From the IMG/VR virus record IMGVR_UViG_3300030333_002313: DNA of 64,000 nt; one strand, given 5' to 3'. The notes under the pieces were generated by a model. The model was not told the DNA's origin, searched no databases, and saw only the letters and a program-made list of their open reading frames with translations. Positions 35,805-45,582 of this stretch are shown piece after piece. Source of the stretch: an uncultured virus (IMG/VR IMGVR_UViG_3300030333_002313) (taxonomy: Duplodnaviria > Heunggongvirae > Uroviricota > Caudoviricetes). Position numbers and translations under genes: made by a program. The first letter of the stretch is position 1; every line of letters starts with the position of its first letter.

Positions 35805-36187
35805 CTCACTCCTCCAGTATTCAGTTTTGATTTGATCAATTCGATCTGATCTTTAGTCAGAATTCGTAATGCATCCCGAGCTTTGTCATTGTTATAACCA
35901 AAGTATTGCTTAATAAGATCAAGGTTCTCTGCCTTATCTTTTTTAAGCCAGGGACTGTAACGACGCTTCTTTCTGAGACTATTTAGATAAAACGAATATT
36001 GCATATCCTTGTCGAGATGATGCATCTTATTAATCTCATTTGCATACAAAACTGAATCAATATGACCTGACAAACATTTGTTCACAATATAAGATGGATA
36101 CTTCTGCATCCAGTCAGGACCACGTTCTTGAAGATCCTCCTTAGTCCAGTTAACACTGTTGAGGTAGTCAGATAGTTTGTATGTCAT
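35801..36187 (-). CDS. gp62: Clamp loader small subunit (gp62)
   Basis: Position before regA; YIVNKCLS, KQYFGYN..KA. Confidence 0.92.
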   Translation of the reverse strand: MTYKLSDYLNSVNWTKEDLQERGPDWMQKYPSYIVNKCLSGHIDSVLYANEINKMHHLDKDMQYSFYLNSLRKKRRYSPWLKKDKAENLDLIKQYFGYNNDKARDALRILTKDQIELIKSKLNTGGVR

Positions 36188-37035
36188 TTTTGTTCAAAGA
36201 GATCTAATAGGGTGGAGTTATTGTAATTTGTTATGAGCAATTCCTTACGTTTGGACTGATCTAAATTATAAGATCCAGTTGATCTCATAGTATAAGTCAG
36301 ATCCCATTCAGTCAAATTATAATTATCAAATAATTTTTTAATAGAATCACTAGAATTATATGTGATCATCCACTTCTTACCAGATGTAGAACAATCTAAT
36401 GCAAAGACATCGTGAGTGAAGTTCCTATGCATAGTACCACCCTTCTCACCATAAAGGAAGGACTTAATATCATATGGTGGATCCATAAAGACAAAAGCAT
36501 CTTCAGTGTCCTTAAGAAGTGTAGTGTAATCTAAGTTTGTTATCTTCCAGTTCTTAATGATATCAGAATAACCTGATAGTTTATCAATACCTCTCTGTGA
36601 GAAGTTTGAAACAGATGCTTGTGGTGAGAACGATGAGTTCTCTCCTAGTCCTGAGAAGGAACACTTGTTAAGAACATAGAAGTATGCTGCATTCTCATAT
36701 GGAATTGTAGCCTCTTTAATATTCTTCTTAGCATCATTGAACAGTTCTCTTGCCTTATCAGGTGTGTTATATACACTCTTTAATTTTGTAAGTTCTTCAG
36801 TTAGATCATTAGGACAGTCTCTTAATGCCTTCCAGAAGTTAGACAAATAGAAATACTTATCATTAACCCATACAGGTATGTCTGGATTCTGTTTAGTAAA
36901 CTCTAAAGCAACAGAACCACCACCTAGGAATGGTTCACGATACTCTTTAATATTGGTAGGGAACTGTCCAATAAGATACTTCGCTGCTCTGGATTTACCT
37001 CCAGGATATCTTAATGGTGTCTTCAATGCTTTCAA
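36184..37035 (-). CDS. dam: DNA adenine methyltransferase (Dam/D12 class)
   Basis: RYPGGKS, EPFLGGGS, DPPY, ELLITNY. Confidence 0.95.
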   Translation of the reverse strand: MKALKTPLRYPGGKSRAAKYLIGQFPTNIKEYREPFLGGGSVALEFTKQNPDIPVWVNDKYFYLSNFWKALRDCPNDLTEELTKLKSVYNTPDKARELFNDAKKNIKEATIPYENAAYFYVLNKCSFSGLGENSSFSPQASVSNFSQRGIDKLSGYSDIIKNWKITNLDYTTLLKDTEDAFVFMDPPYDIKSFLYGEKGGTMHRNFTHDVFALDCSTSGKKWMITYNSSDSIKKLFDNYNLTEWDLTYTMRSTGSYNLDQSKRKELLITNYNNSTLLDLFEQK

Positions 37036-37547
37036 AATAAATCCCTCATAATTTCAGGTTCAGGTGGATGTGTCTGATATACAAGACTGTATCTCATAGG
37101 AGCATCCTTCATAGGTGGACGTGCACCGTGCCATAGTTCACTAGTAAATTTTACCAGTCTTCCGAACTTTGGCACAATACTCTTAACAATTTCTCCATCT
37201 TCTAGGAAGATTGTTTCTCCTCCCATACCTGCGTGCCAATCAGGATTACAATAGATCATATATGTTACACCTTCTGGACTATGTGAATCTGTATGTGGTT
37301 TAGGACAGTCCTCATATGTGAACGCATTGTATAAGCATCTACGTACTGTAGGACTACCAATTAATTCTAACCACTTCTTTGCAATAGGTTCAAACTCACC
37401 ATACTCTAAATCAAATACTCTACCAAGACTAGGTACCTTATTACCAAAGGCATCACCTAATTTTTCCCATTTAGTATATGCTTCGAAGTACTGATACAGT
37501 TCCCATACATCAGTGAACTCAAATAGATCGTCAGTATACTCAATCAT
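37032..37547 (-). CDS. 2OG-Fe(II) oxygenase
   Basis: HTD, GGETIF, WHGA, R.S. Confidence 0.9.
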   Translation of the reverse strand: MIEYTDDLFEFTDVWELYQYFEAYTKWEKLGDAFGNKVPSLGRVFDLEYGEFEPIAKKWLELIGSPTVRRCLYNAFTYEDCPKPHTDSHSPEGVTYMIYCNPDWHAGMGGETIFLEDGEIVKSIVPKFGRLVKFTSELWHGARPPMKDAPMRYSLVYQTHPPEPEIMRDLF

Positions 37548-38233
37548 AATGTCATTTGTGGTCCGTGTCCATAACCAATGTCTTCTTCACCGTGTCCTCT
37601 TCTTCTTAACTCATCATCTTGTACTAACTTACAGTTAATCATATTCTGTCCATATGGTCCTTGATTAATAGGACCAGTTGGAAATGCATTGAATGAAATA
37701 TTTGCTCTTACAAAATCTGCAAAATGTGGTGCAGTAAAATGAACTAACCAACTTGGAAATATTACTAGGGTACCTGGTTTATATACAGGTGCTTCTACAG
37801 CGTTCTCATATACTGCTGAGATTATTTCTAACTGATTATATGCTCTTGCTTGCACAGGGTCTTGGAAGAGCGTAGGATACCCATCTGTGAGGCAGTAGGT
37901 GCCACTGTAGTATGACATAGGGTGTCTGTGTGGTTGATGGCATCCACCACTGTTAGGAAGCGATACAACCCCCCAAGCAAGACTTACCTCAAACTTACCC
38001 CACATTTCAAACTGTTGATCTTTCTTAACTTCATCTAAACATTGATCAATCCATTCAAAAGTATTTTTAAATTGTGGTAAGCAATGTAAGTTACCCTGTG
38101 TAGTTTGTACAGTATTAGGTAGATTAAAATTTCCTCTCTCAATAGGATCTAAAGCGTCAAGAGTTTCTTCTACTAACTCAGGACTACTCTCAAATGTAAA
38201 GAGTTCTACAGGAAAGATGGGATGCTTTTTCAT
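37544..38233 (-). CDS. 2OG-Fe(II) oxygenase (HxH / TIGR02466-like)
   Basis: HRHP, SGTY, IFPSWLVH, RANISFN. Confidence 0.9.
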   Translation of the reverse strand: MKKHPIFPVELFTFESSPELVEETLDALDPIERGNFNLPNTVQTTQGNLHCLPQFKNTFEWIDQCLDEVKKDQQFEMWGKFEVSLAWGVVSLPNSGGCHQPHRHPMSYYSGTYCLTDGYPTLFQDPVQARAYNQLEIISAVYENAVEAPVYKPGTLVIFPSWLVHFTAPHFADFVRANISFNAFPTGPINQGPYGQNMINCKLVQDDELRRRGHGEEDIGYGHGPQMTL

Positions 38234-38802
38234 TTCTTCCAAACACACATTGAATCATATACACTCATATGTTGAGTGATATTATTTTGTTCTCTAAATT
38301 CTGCTACTGCTCTCTGAATAAGATGTGATTTATAATCGTGACCACATATCAATCCACCATATTTAATCTTAGGATACCAATCATTTAATTCTTTAAGTGC
38401 TTGTTCATATGTCATCCAAGCATCCATAAAAATAAAATCAAAATGTTCATCAGGAAATGTGATAGCTAGATCCTCTATGTTACCTTTGATGATTGTTGAT
38501 CTATGTTCTTCACCAGAAAATCTAATATGATGATGTGCCATAAACTCAAAGATTTCCATCTCTGCTTCACCAGTAGAGTTGGAAGGACCAGGTTCATTAT
38601 CTTCTCTTAAATAATCTGTATATGGTTGCCAGTTATCGATACCAGTAAGATGTTTAATGTTAGGACAAGCTTGCAACAAAGTACAAAAACTTTGTGCACG
38701 ATCTACTCCTAGTTCGAGACCAATAAGATCATCACCGTGCATACCAATAAGATGCACAACAGATCGTACATCCGTAAGAGAGTTTTTAAAGTCATAGTTC
38801 AT
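38230..38802 (-). CDS. Class I SAM-dependent methyltransferase (Methyltransf_24-like)
   Basis: LELGV, FDFIFMDA, GGLICGHDY. Confidence 0.9.
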   Translation of the reverse strand: MNYDFKNSLTDVRSVVHLIGMHGDDLIGLELGVDRAQSFCTLLQACPNIKHLTGIDNWQPYTDYLREDNEPGPSNSTGEAEMEIFEFMAHHHIRFSGEEHRSTIIKGNIEDLAITFPDEHFDFIFMDAWMTYEQALKELNDWYPKIKYGGLICGHDYKSHLIQRAVAEFREQNNITQHMSVYDSMCVWKK

Positions 38803-39734
38803 TTAAACTGACACCTCATCATAAGTTCTGTCATACAAGCAACTAGATTAATCTCTTGATCTGCTACGAATGCTGCCTTGTATTGGTACTCACCAATAAC
38901 AAGAACTGCTTCAGGAATAGATGCAGATTGTAAATGATTATATAACGAATCATATAACTTTCTCATAATCTGAGTTGGTTCACTATCTAGGTTTTGAACT
39001 ACCCATTTTTTCATATTAGTAAACTCTTTGTTCTTAAGATATCCAACAAGATCTTGCAACTTAGTATCTGTTACAGCAGCAAGTACACCTGTATCGATCT
39101 TACCAATAGAACTATATCTCTGTAACTCATTAAGAGTACGTCTGAAGTCAGGGAAATACTTCTGAACTAATGCTACAAGAACTTTAGGTTCTGCTTCTAC
39201 CTTCTGCTCTGCAAGGATATCTTGGATCCTCTTAAAGAACTGAGCAGCAAGGATCTGTTTCTCCTTACCATTGATACCAAAGTCTACAACAGAACAACGT
39301 GAATGTAATGGTTCAATTATCTTGTTCTTGTAATTGCACGTAAATATGAACCTACAGTTCGAGGAGAACTCCTCGATAGTAGCTCGTAACAATAACTGTA
39401 CGTCGTTTGTGGTGTTGTCTGCTTCATCGATGATGATGATCTTGGCACCACCCACGAGGGAAACAGTTGATGCAAAGTTTTTTGCTTGGTTCCTAACTGT
39501 GTCGAGGAATCTACCTTCATCTGATCCATTGATGACATAGTAATCTGCTCCTAGTTCTTCACATAATGCCTTAGCAACTGTGGTCTTACCGATACCTGGT
39601 GGACCTGACAGTAATAGGTTTGGAATCTTTTTATTTGCTACAAATTTCTGTAGAACTGTTTTGATGTTATCAGGAAGAATACAATCCTCAATCTTACGAG
39701 GACGGTATTGTTCACACCATAGAAAATCAGACAT
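38799..39734 (-). CDS. gp44: Clamp loader large subunit (gp44)
   Basis: YRP, GPPGIGKT, DEAD, SRC. Confidence 0.98.
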   Translation of the reverse strand: MSDFLWCEQYRPRKIEDCILPDNIKTVLQKFVANKKIPNLLLSGPPGIGKTTVAKALCEELGADYYVINGSDEGRFLDTVRNQAKNFASTVSLVGGAKIIIIDEADNTTNDVQLLLRATIEEFSSNCRFIFTCNYKNKIIEPLHSRCSVVDFGINGKEKQILAAQFFKRIQDILAEQKVEAEPKVLVALVQKYFPDFRRTLNELQRYSSIGKIDTGVLAAVTDTKLQDLVGYLKNKEFTNMKKWVVQNLDSEPTQIMRKLYDSLYNHLQSASIPEAVLVIGEYQYKAAFVADQEINLVACMTELMMRCQFK

Positions 39735-40296
39735 AGATCGACTCAGGAGATTGCATAATATTAAATGAGAATATAATTCTATCCTCTGCAGCAGCGTGTG
39801 GCAACGACTGATGCAAACATTGTGATGGGAAGAAGATTATATCACCCTCTTCACATTTTGGAATCTTCTCATCAATAAAACCAGACCAAGGATCTGGAAA
39901 TGGTGAGAAGAAACAAGTTGGTTTATGTGCTCTACCCAACTGTGCATAGAACACTGCTGAGTAACCTATAACACCGTGTGTATGTACAGGATGCATTTGG
40001 TTAGCACTATATCTCTGACACCAAGAACTCATTACCTGTGCACCAGGATTTTCTTGAGCAAAGAAGTCTAATGGTCCTCTAAGTAAATCCATTAGATCCA
40101 TATGATATGGAGGTTGCTCACCTCTAGTGAAGTACCTATGGTAATCACTATAAAAATGTTCTAGGTTACAGTCAGGATCATCCCAGTTAATCGAAGATAA
40201 AAAATCCCTCTTAACATTTTGCCAGTCAGGTACGTGACATATAAGACACGGTAGTCTAAACAAATCTGCTTGGAGGGATACAAATGTTGGGATCAT
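39727..40296 (-). CDS. 2OG-Fe(II) oxygenase (HxH type)
   Basis: HTHG, EGDIIFFPS..H, RIIFSFN. Confidence 0.88.
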   Translation of the reverse strand: MIPTFVSLQADLFRLPCLICHVPDWQNVKRDFLSSINWDDPDCNLEHFYSDYHRYFTRGEQPPYHMDLMDLLRGPLDFFAQENPGAQVMSSWCQRYSANQMHPVHTHGVIGYSAVFYAQLGRAHKPTCFFSPFPDPWSGFIDEKIPKCEEGDIIFFPSQCLHQSLPHAAAEDRIIFSFNIMQSPESIYV

Positions 40297-40973
40297 TTTG
40301 TGTCTGGTTCAAGAGCAATATAATACTCTACATTGTTTGCTGCTGATACAAAATGACTTACTTTATTTTTAGCAACACTAACTGCATAATCACCTGGTAA
40401 AATCTTAAGATTCTCTACCTTGAAACAATAGCAGAAGTCTTCACTACTTGTGTTCTTACCAACTGGAACTGAATACGTATTTGATGTCTCGTTCTTCTTG
40501 TCACATACTTGTAACCTAATGTCCTCGCCTTTATTGTACAAACATAAATCAGGTACCTGATATACACTTGCTGCTCTAATAAGATCCTGTAAAGTATCTG
40601 TCTTAAGACTAAACTGTACATCCACATCTGGCATCTGGATACCTTTATTAGGTACAGATGGAATTACAGAAGGGTCAGAATAGTAGAACGTTCCTCTTGA
40701 GTTAGAGGTTTCGTCTGTTGTGATAAGCTTCGAAGGGTTTGAGAAGTCGAAGACTGGACTCTCAAAGAGTGAGAGAGTAGATAGGAAATTACCGAGATCA
40801 TAAATGGCAATTTCTTGAGGGAAGTCTTCGCTGACAATAGCAGAAGCAAAGATGTTTTTGTTGACAGATAATGTCCTGATGCTGTTGCCAGGATCGATAA
40901 CAATCGACTTGTTGATCGTGGCAAAGTTCTTAAGGAGGTTCTGAGTTTTTTTACTGAGTTTGACAAGGGACAT
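40293..40973 (-). CDS. gp45: Sliding clamp (gp45)
   Basis: LKNFATIN, IYDL..FL, YYIALE. Confidence 0.97.
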   Translation of the reverse strand: MSLVKLSKKTQNLLKNFATINKSIVIDPGNSIRTLSVNKNIFASAIVSEDFPQEIAIYDLGNFLSTLSLFESPVFDFSNPSKLITTDETSNSRGTFYYSDPSVIPSVPNKGIQMPDVDVQFSLKTDTLQDLIRAASVYQVPDLCLYNKGEDIRLQVCDKKNETSNTYSVPVGKNTSSEDFCYCFKVENLKILPGDYAVSVAKNKVSHFVSAANNVEYYIALEPDTK

Positions 40974-40988
40974 AATGTAGTTAGAGGA

Positions 40989-41306
40989 TCATTTATCATA
41001 GTCTACAGCAAATGCTGTAGAACTATTGGAATTAATTTGGTTTGCTCTCTCACGCTTATCGTTGAAGTGGAGTAGCAAGATACCGTAGTGAATAATCTTT
41101 ATGATATCACGACGTGCTGTACCTTTTCTATCATAGCGTGAAGCATACTTAAGGACATTACTCCTACAGAATGCTTCTGCGTCACCTACTGAATCTATGA
41201 GGTCAAGAGTCTGTACGTTGCCGACTGAATAGTGACCCCTGTAGGTGTTTGAAATGTACTCGGAGATCTCTTTGAGATACTCTTCCTCATTGTACTTTCG
41301 GTTCAT
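40989..41306 (-). CDS. Conserved phage protein (DUF3310-like)
   Basis: HY..., FCRSNVLKY..RY.RKG...D..K..HY. Confidence 0.7.
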   Translation of the reverse strand: MNRKYNEEEYLKEISEYISNTYRGHYSVGNVQTLDLIDSVGDAEAFCRSNVLKYASRYDRKGTARRDIIKIIHYGILLLHFNDKRERANQINSNSSTAFAVDYDK

Positions 41307-41467
41307 ACTGAATAACCATACTGTTCTCGAAGGATCTTCTTATAAGGTAAACCCAGATCTCTGAGTTCGGTAACAAGTTTTAACTTGTTGTGAAGAGCAG
41401 TATCGCCACCCAGTTTTAGGGCAGCGACTACTGTTCTCAGTTCTTGGTCGTCTATAGGAAGATCCAT
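41303..41467 (-). CDS. Hypothetical protein (54 aa; not in ORF track)
   Basis: MDLPIDDQELRTVVAALKLGGDTALHNKLKLV...; TTGACC-N17-TATACT immediately upstream (near-leaderless). Confidence 0.7.
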   Translation of the reverse strand: MDLPIDDQELRTVVAALKLGGDTALHNKLKLVTELRDLGLPYKKILREQYGYSV

Positions 41468-41483
41468 TTGAATTAAGTATACG

Positions 41484-42569
41484 TCAGTTTGGTTGATCGG
41501 TCAAGTCATCTGATGATACATTGAAATCAGCATCAATCTTGTCATACAACTCAAGGAATGCTTGCTTAGTCTCATCATCAAATCTGTTGATGCTGAACTG
41601 GATAGCGTCCTCCTTTGAACCGAAGATCTCGAATGCCTTAACGATGTGAACCAACCTACGTGTGGAGATCACCTCATCAATTCCTCCATCGTTGAAGGTC
41701 TTACGGATGATCTGTGCCCAGTCAGCAAGACGTGCACAGAAGTCTTTGTCCTCACATTGCTTGTGTAGAATTTTTACTTCTATTGCTGGTGATGGATACT
41801 CCTGTTCAAGAGTGATCGCAAATCTCTCAAGGAACGCTTCGTTAAGAACGTTAGTTCCTATGAATCTACCATCGTCAGAACCTTTACCCTTTGTGTTCGC
41901 TGTAGCAATTACATTGAACCCATTAGCAGGTCTTACATACTTACCGATCTTCTTAAGGAAAACACCCTTGCCTTCAAGGATGGACTGTAGACAGAGGATC
42001 TTGTTTGATGCAAGATCAATCTCATCTAGAAGGAGGATAGCTCCCCTTTCCAGTGCTTCGATAACTGGTCCATTATGCCATACAGTGCTACCATTATTAA
42101 GACGGAACCCACCAATAAGGTCATCTTCGTCTGTTTCAACAGTAATGTTAACTCTAATCAACTCTCTATTTAGACTTGACGCTGCTTGCTCTACACCGAA
42201 TGTTTTACCGTTACCAGATAGACCAGTGATAAAGGTAGGATAGAACTTCTTACTCTTGATAATCTTCTTAATAGAGTTGTAGTTTCCGAATGGAACATAG
42301 AGTTCATCCTTAGCAGGTACTAGAGATACTTTTGGATCTGACTTAACGATCTGCTTTTCAAAAACCTCACGTGCTTCTTCGATGGTTAGGTTCCACTTAC
42401 CGATGGACTTCTTGTACTGCTTGAGTCTCTTTTTGATTGTTGCATATGAACATTTGAATTCGTCTGCTGCTTTCAACAATTCTTGTGTAGAAACTTCAGT
42501 CCCGAAGTTGCTTGTAAGGTACTCAACAACTCCTTCAGTTGTTACAGGGATTTCAGTTTGGAATGCCAT
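41484..42569 (-). CDS. cobS: CobS/MoxR-like AAA+ ATPase
   Basis: GLSGNGKT, LLLDEID, TANTKG, NEAFLERF; start moved to 42569, downstream of the promoter. Confidence 0.9.
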   Translation of the reverse strand: MAFQTEIPVTTEGVVEYLTSNFGTEVSTQELLKAADEFKCSYATIKKRLKQYKKSIGKWNLTIEEAREVFEKQIVKSDPKVSLVPAKDELYVPFGNYNSIKKIIKSKKFYPTFITGLSGNGKTFGVEQAASSLNRELIRVNITVETDEDDLIGGFRLNNGSTVWHNGPVIEALERGAILLLDEIDLASNKILCLQSILEGKGVFLKKIGKYVRPANGFNVIATANTKGKGSDDGRFIGTNVLNEAFLERFAITLEQEYPSPAIEVKILHKQCEDKDFCARLADWAQIIRKTFNDGGIDEVISTRRLVHIVKAFEIFGSKEDAIQFSINRFDDETKQAFLELYDKIDADFNVSSDDLTDQPN

Positions 42570-42588
42570 AATGTGTGTGTCGTATTTG

Positions 42589-42658
42589 TTTTGTATGTAC
42601 TTATTATAATGTGAAAAAGGGGTCTTGCGACCCCTTAGTAGACACTTATCCAACTGTC
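42589..42658 (-). promoter_or_regulatory. Palindrome-hairpin-(-10) promoter, copy 1
   Basis: GACAGTT-GGAT-AAGTGTCTACT, a 28 nt spacer containing a hairpin, then TATAAT. Confidence 0.7.
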
Positions 42659-44850
42659 TCAGCGAATGATGCGAGCATCTTTTTATTGGATGCTTTGTTC
42701 TTGAACATCTTCTTGAACGCTGCACCAACTTGTGCCTTTGTTGCATCTTCCTTTAGATCATCTAGTGGATTGTCATCTACTATGTTAGTTGTTGGCATAA
42801 CAAACAACTTGTCATAAGGTGACTCAGTTACTTCATAGAACTTCTGCTTTCTGAATCTCTTGATCGCTTCATCACTGATCTCATTAATGAATCCCATATA
42901 CTGAATCATTCTGAAGTATCCACTAGTGTCACGTGGTGTGATTAGACGGAACCCTAGCATTTGTACTTGTCTGAATGAATCCTTAAGGTTCTGGATGAAT
43001 ATATTTGTCTGCTCTAGAGGGTTGTCCTTACGAGCATATACTCTTCCAGTCTTACGATCTCTCAACTGGCAACGTCCGTTGAATGAATTACGGAATAGGT
43101 TATCACCTGCTATTGCTGATCTCTTGCAGTTGTAAGTAGGTTGTGCTGCTTCACCATCAGTTAGGATTGATAGAGATACTTTCTCTGCACCAGTTTTCTT
43201 GATGAACTGTGGAAGTACTGAGTGCATTGCTGCAATTGCTTCCATCAATGGTGTACCTGAGAGACCTAAGATTGCAGGACATCCCATAGAGTATACACGC
43301 TGCCAAACTTTTGGTTGAGTGCTGTTAACACCAGCATTTCTCCAGAGTGCTAGGGCAGATCTATCTTTATCTTTCTTGTTTCCCTCTGAACTAAGCATTT
43401 CAAGTAGACCAAATCCTTGATTGAAGGAGATCTTACCCAACTTCTCTTCGAACTTATCTTCTGTTCTATCATAGTAGTTGTTGGAATAGATGCTATTGCT
43501 GAATGCATATACTCTATAAGGGATACCAACTTTCTGGCAGAACCAAGTTAGTTGAAGAACTTGCTTTACTGTATCGAACAAGCAATTGCTCATTGAACCA
43601 GACCAGTCTAGTAGGAAAATCATACCGTGATTCTTTCCTTGAGGTAGGTTGGTTACCTTCTTAAATAGATCCTCGTTATATCTGTAAGTATGAAGCTTCG
43701 CTGTATCGAGAACCCCAGTGCGACTAGTAGTAGCACGAGCATAACTCGAAGCTGCCTTACGACACTCAAACTCTTTGACCAGATAATTGACTTCTTTCTG
43801 TGATGACTTAAAGAACTCTCTGTAGTCTTGCTCACTCTTGTCAAGGTCTGCTTTCTCAACATTGTATCTCCAGAGTTGACCATCATCAGGATATTTAGGC
43901 ATCTGAACCTGATATCTCTCTTCAGACATCTCAAGGATTTCCTTCCAAGAGATGATCAACTTATCAGGATCAACTTTATCAATCTCAACATACTCAGTCT
44001 CGTATCCACCGTGCTTGACATAATCTTTAACTTTGTCTGTAAAGATCTTATCTGTCTGTGCTTCTAGTGGATCACCACCTTCTCTACCACCTTCTTGTAT
44101 ATGATCTGTATCCTCTACATCCTGAGTTAGATCACCACCCTCAGATTCAGTTCCATCATCACTCTCTTCCTGACCATCAGTGTCAGCATCGATTGGTGGT
44201 TCCTCTGAGAAAGGATCTTGTGAATCATCACCTAGATCTGGATTAGATGAGATATCAGGCATTTCAAATTCTGAATCATTATCTTCTGCATCTGCTTTCT
44301 CTTGATGATCAAACTCCTCCTTCATATACTCATAGATGTCTCTAGATACTTTCTCTACATCTTCGAAGGTCTCACACTCTCCTACTGCATCTACGAATAC
44401 TTGCTCTTCATCTGTGAATGGGATGAACTGGAAGTTACCGATCTTGTACTGTAGGTTGATCTTATCAATTAGAGAGAACCTAGTAACGTTTCCTTGTACT
44501 TCAAAGAAATCTTGCTCACTCAACTCCTTATAACCTGCGAAGAATGTCTTAGGAAGACCTTGATATCTACGCTTCATCAACTTCTCGATACGAGCATCTT
44601 CTACTACATTCAAGAATGACTGAGGTACTTCTTTAAAATCCCAAGACCTTGGAGTGTATAGAGCGTGTCCTACTTCGTGACTGACAAGCATATCATATAC
44701 TGCTTCTGTTGCTTGATCCCAGATTGGAAGTGTTAGTACACGTCTCTCTACGTCAAACTGAGCAGTCTCGCAATTTCTATGCTCGATGATTAGATCCTCT
44801 GTTGCTAGTAGTTTAGCAAGGGTTCCTTTGACTTCTCTGTTGACTGTCAT
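42646..44850 (-). CDS. Zincin-like peptidase plus vWA domain protein (CobT-like)
   Basis: HEVGH, NVVEDARIE, acidic linker, MIDAS DWSGS, GTP, TDG. Confidence 0.88.
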   Translation of the reverse strand: MTVNREVKGTLAKLLATEDLIIEHRNCETAQFDVERRVLTLPIWDQATEAVYDMLVSHEVGHALYTPRSWDFKEVPQSFLNVVEDARIEKLMKRRYQGLPKTFFAGYKELSEQDFFEVQGNVTRFSLIDKINLQYKIGNFQFIPFTDEEQVFVDAVGECETFEDVEKVSRDIYEYMKEEFDHQEKADAEDNDSEFEMPDISSNPDLGDDSQDPFSEEPPIDADTDGQEESDDGTESEGGDLTQDVEDTDHIQEGGREGGDPLEAQTDKIFTDKVKDYVKHGGYETEYVEIDKVDPDKLIISWKEILEMSEERYQVQMPKYPDDGQLWRYNVEKADLDKSEQDYREFFKSSQKEVNYLVKEFECRKAASSYARATTSRTGVLDTAKLHTYRYNEDLFKKVTNLPQGKNHGMIFLLDWSGSMSNCLFDTVKQVLQLTWFCQKVGIPYRVYAFSNSIYSNNYYDRTEDKFEEKLGKISFNQGFGLLEMLSSEGNKKDKDRSALALWRNAGVNSTQPKVWQRVYSMGCPAILGLSGTPLMEAIAAMHSVLPQFIKKTGAEKVSLSILTDGEAAQPTYNCKRSAIAGDNLFRNSFNGRCQLRDRKTGRVYARKDNPLEQTNIFIQNLKDSFRQVQMLGFRLITPRDTSGYFRMIQYMGFINEISDEAIKRFRKQKFYEVTESPYDKLFVMPTTNIVDDNPLDDLKEDATKAQVGAAFKKMFKNKASNKKMLASFAETVG

Positions 44851-45022
44851 TTAATTCCTTCGTTTGTATACACATATAATAACTAGAAAACCGTCCCTTG
44901 GGACGGTTAAGTAGACACTTTATCAACTGGTTGCGTCTGTCTCTCGCACTCTTAAGTGCACGTGGTTTTAATTTACGTTTGGGTGGCTTCCCAGAATTGT
45001 GTTGCCAATTTGGAGTTGTCAT
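44813..45022 (-). CDS. Small basic hypothetical protein
   Basis: MTTPNWQHNSGK...; ATGA coupling; reads through the promoter element. Confidence 0.6.
   Translation of the reverse strand: MTTPNWQHNSGKPPKRKLKPRALKSARDRRNQLIKCLLNRPKGRFSSYYMCIQTKELNDSQQRSQRNPC
44862..44930 (-). promoter_or_regulatory. Palindrome-hairpin-(-10) promoter, copy 2
   Basis: CAGTT-GATA-AAGTGTCTACT, a 28 nt spacer containing a hairpin, then TATTAT. Confidence 0.7.
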
Positions 45023-45582
45023 TTTGCATTGAAAGCTATGGATACTCTAGGAGTATCTATACGATTTTTCTCAGTTTTGTGCTCTAACCAAGATGGGAAT
45101 AATACAAGAGTCCTTGGTGTAGGAGGGAAGTGACGACCTTCCTCTGTACCCCATAGACACATCTTAGAATAAGGATTGGGATTCAAGAATACAATCCCTC
45201 CCATCTGGGGAACACAGTCCTTATGATAGTATACACCAGATACTTGAAAACCTGCGTGAGTGTGTGCAATTTGGAAACTGTCCTTCGGTCCCCTATTCAG
45301 CCAAGAATTCGCTATCGTACAAGTAGGATCTATATGTGCCAATGACTTTTCACAAAATGCTCTCAAGCGGGGTAAATTATATTTTTGAAACAACTGGAGA
45401 TCGTTCATCCCTGTATGTGACCCATAGACAATTTCTTCCTTGGCACCTACACTCAGGTGAGATAGGATGTCTGGATCATCAGGAATTCCATCGATCTCCT
45501 CGTCAATTAATGTGTCACTATGATTAAACACATATAGATGTGTTGGGAAAAGTTCCATATCAAATTGGATTAACCTTGCCAA
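45019..45582 (-). CDS. 2OG-Fe(II) oxygenase (HxH type)
   Basis: HTH, SGVYY, LFPSWLEH, RVSIAFN. Confidence 0.9.
   Translation of the reverse strand: MARLIQFDMELFPTHLYVFNHSDTLIDEEIDGIPDDPDILSHLSVGAKEEIVYGSHTGMNDLQLFQKYNLPRLRAFCEKSLAHIDPTCTIANSWLNRGPKDSFQIAHTHAGFQVSGVYYHKDCVPQMGGIVFLNPNPYSKMCLWGTEEGRHFPPTPRTLVLFPSWLEHKTEKNRIDTPRVSIAFNAK

Noticed and set aside
41662..42243. 193 aa + strand ORF and many other + strand ORFs opposite core genes
   Set aside because: They are antisense shadows of well-supported - strand genes, with no SD, promoter or protein motifs.
42570..42746. 59-codon N-terminal extension of the AAA+ ORF in the track
   Set aside because: It overlaps the upstream gene end and runs through the promoter and hairpin; ATG 42569 is the plausible start.
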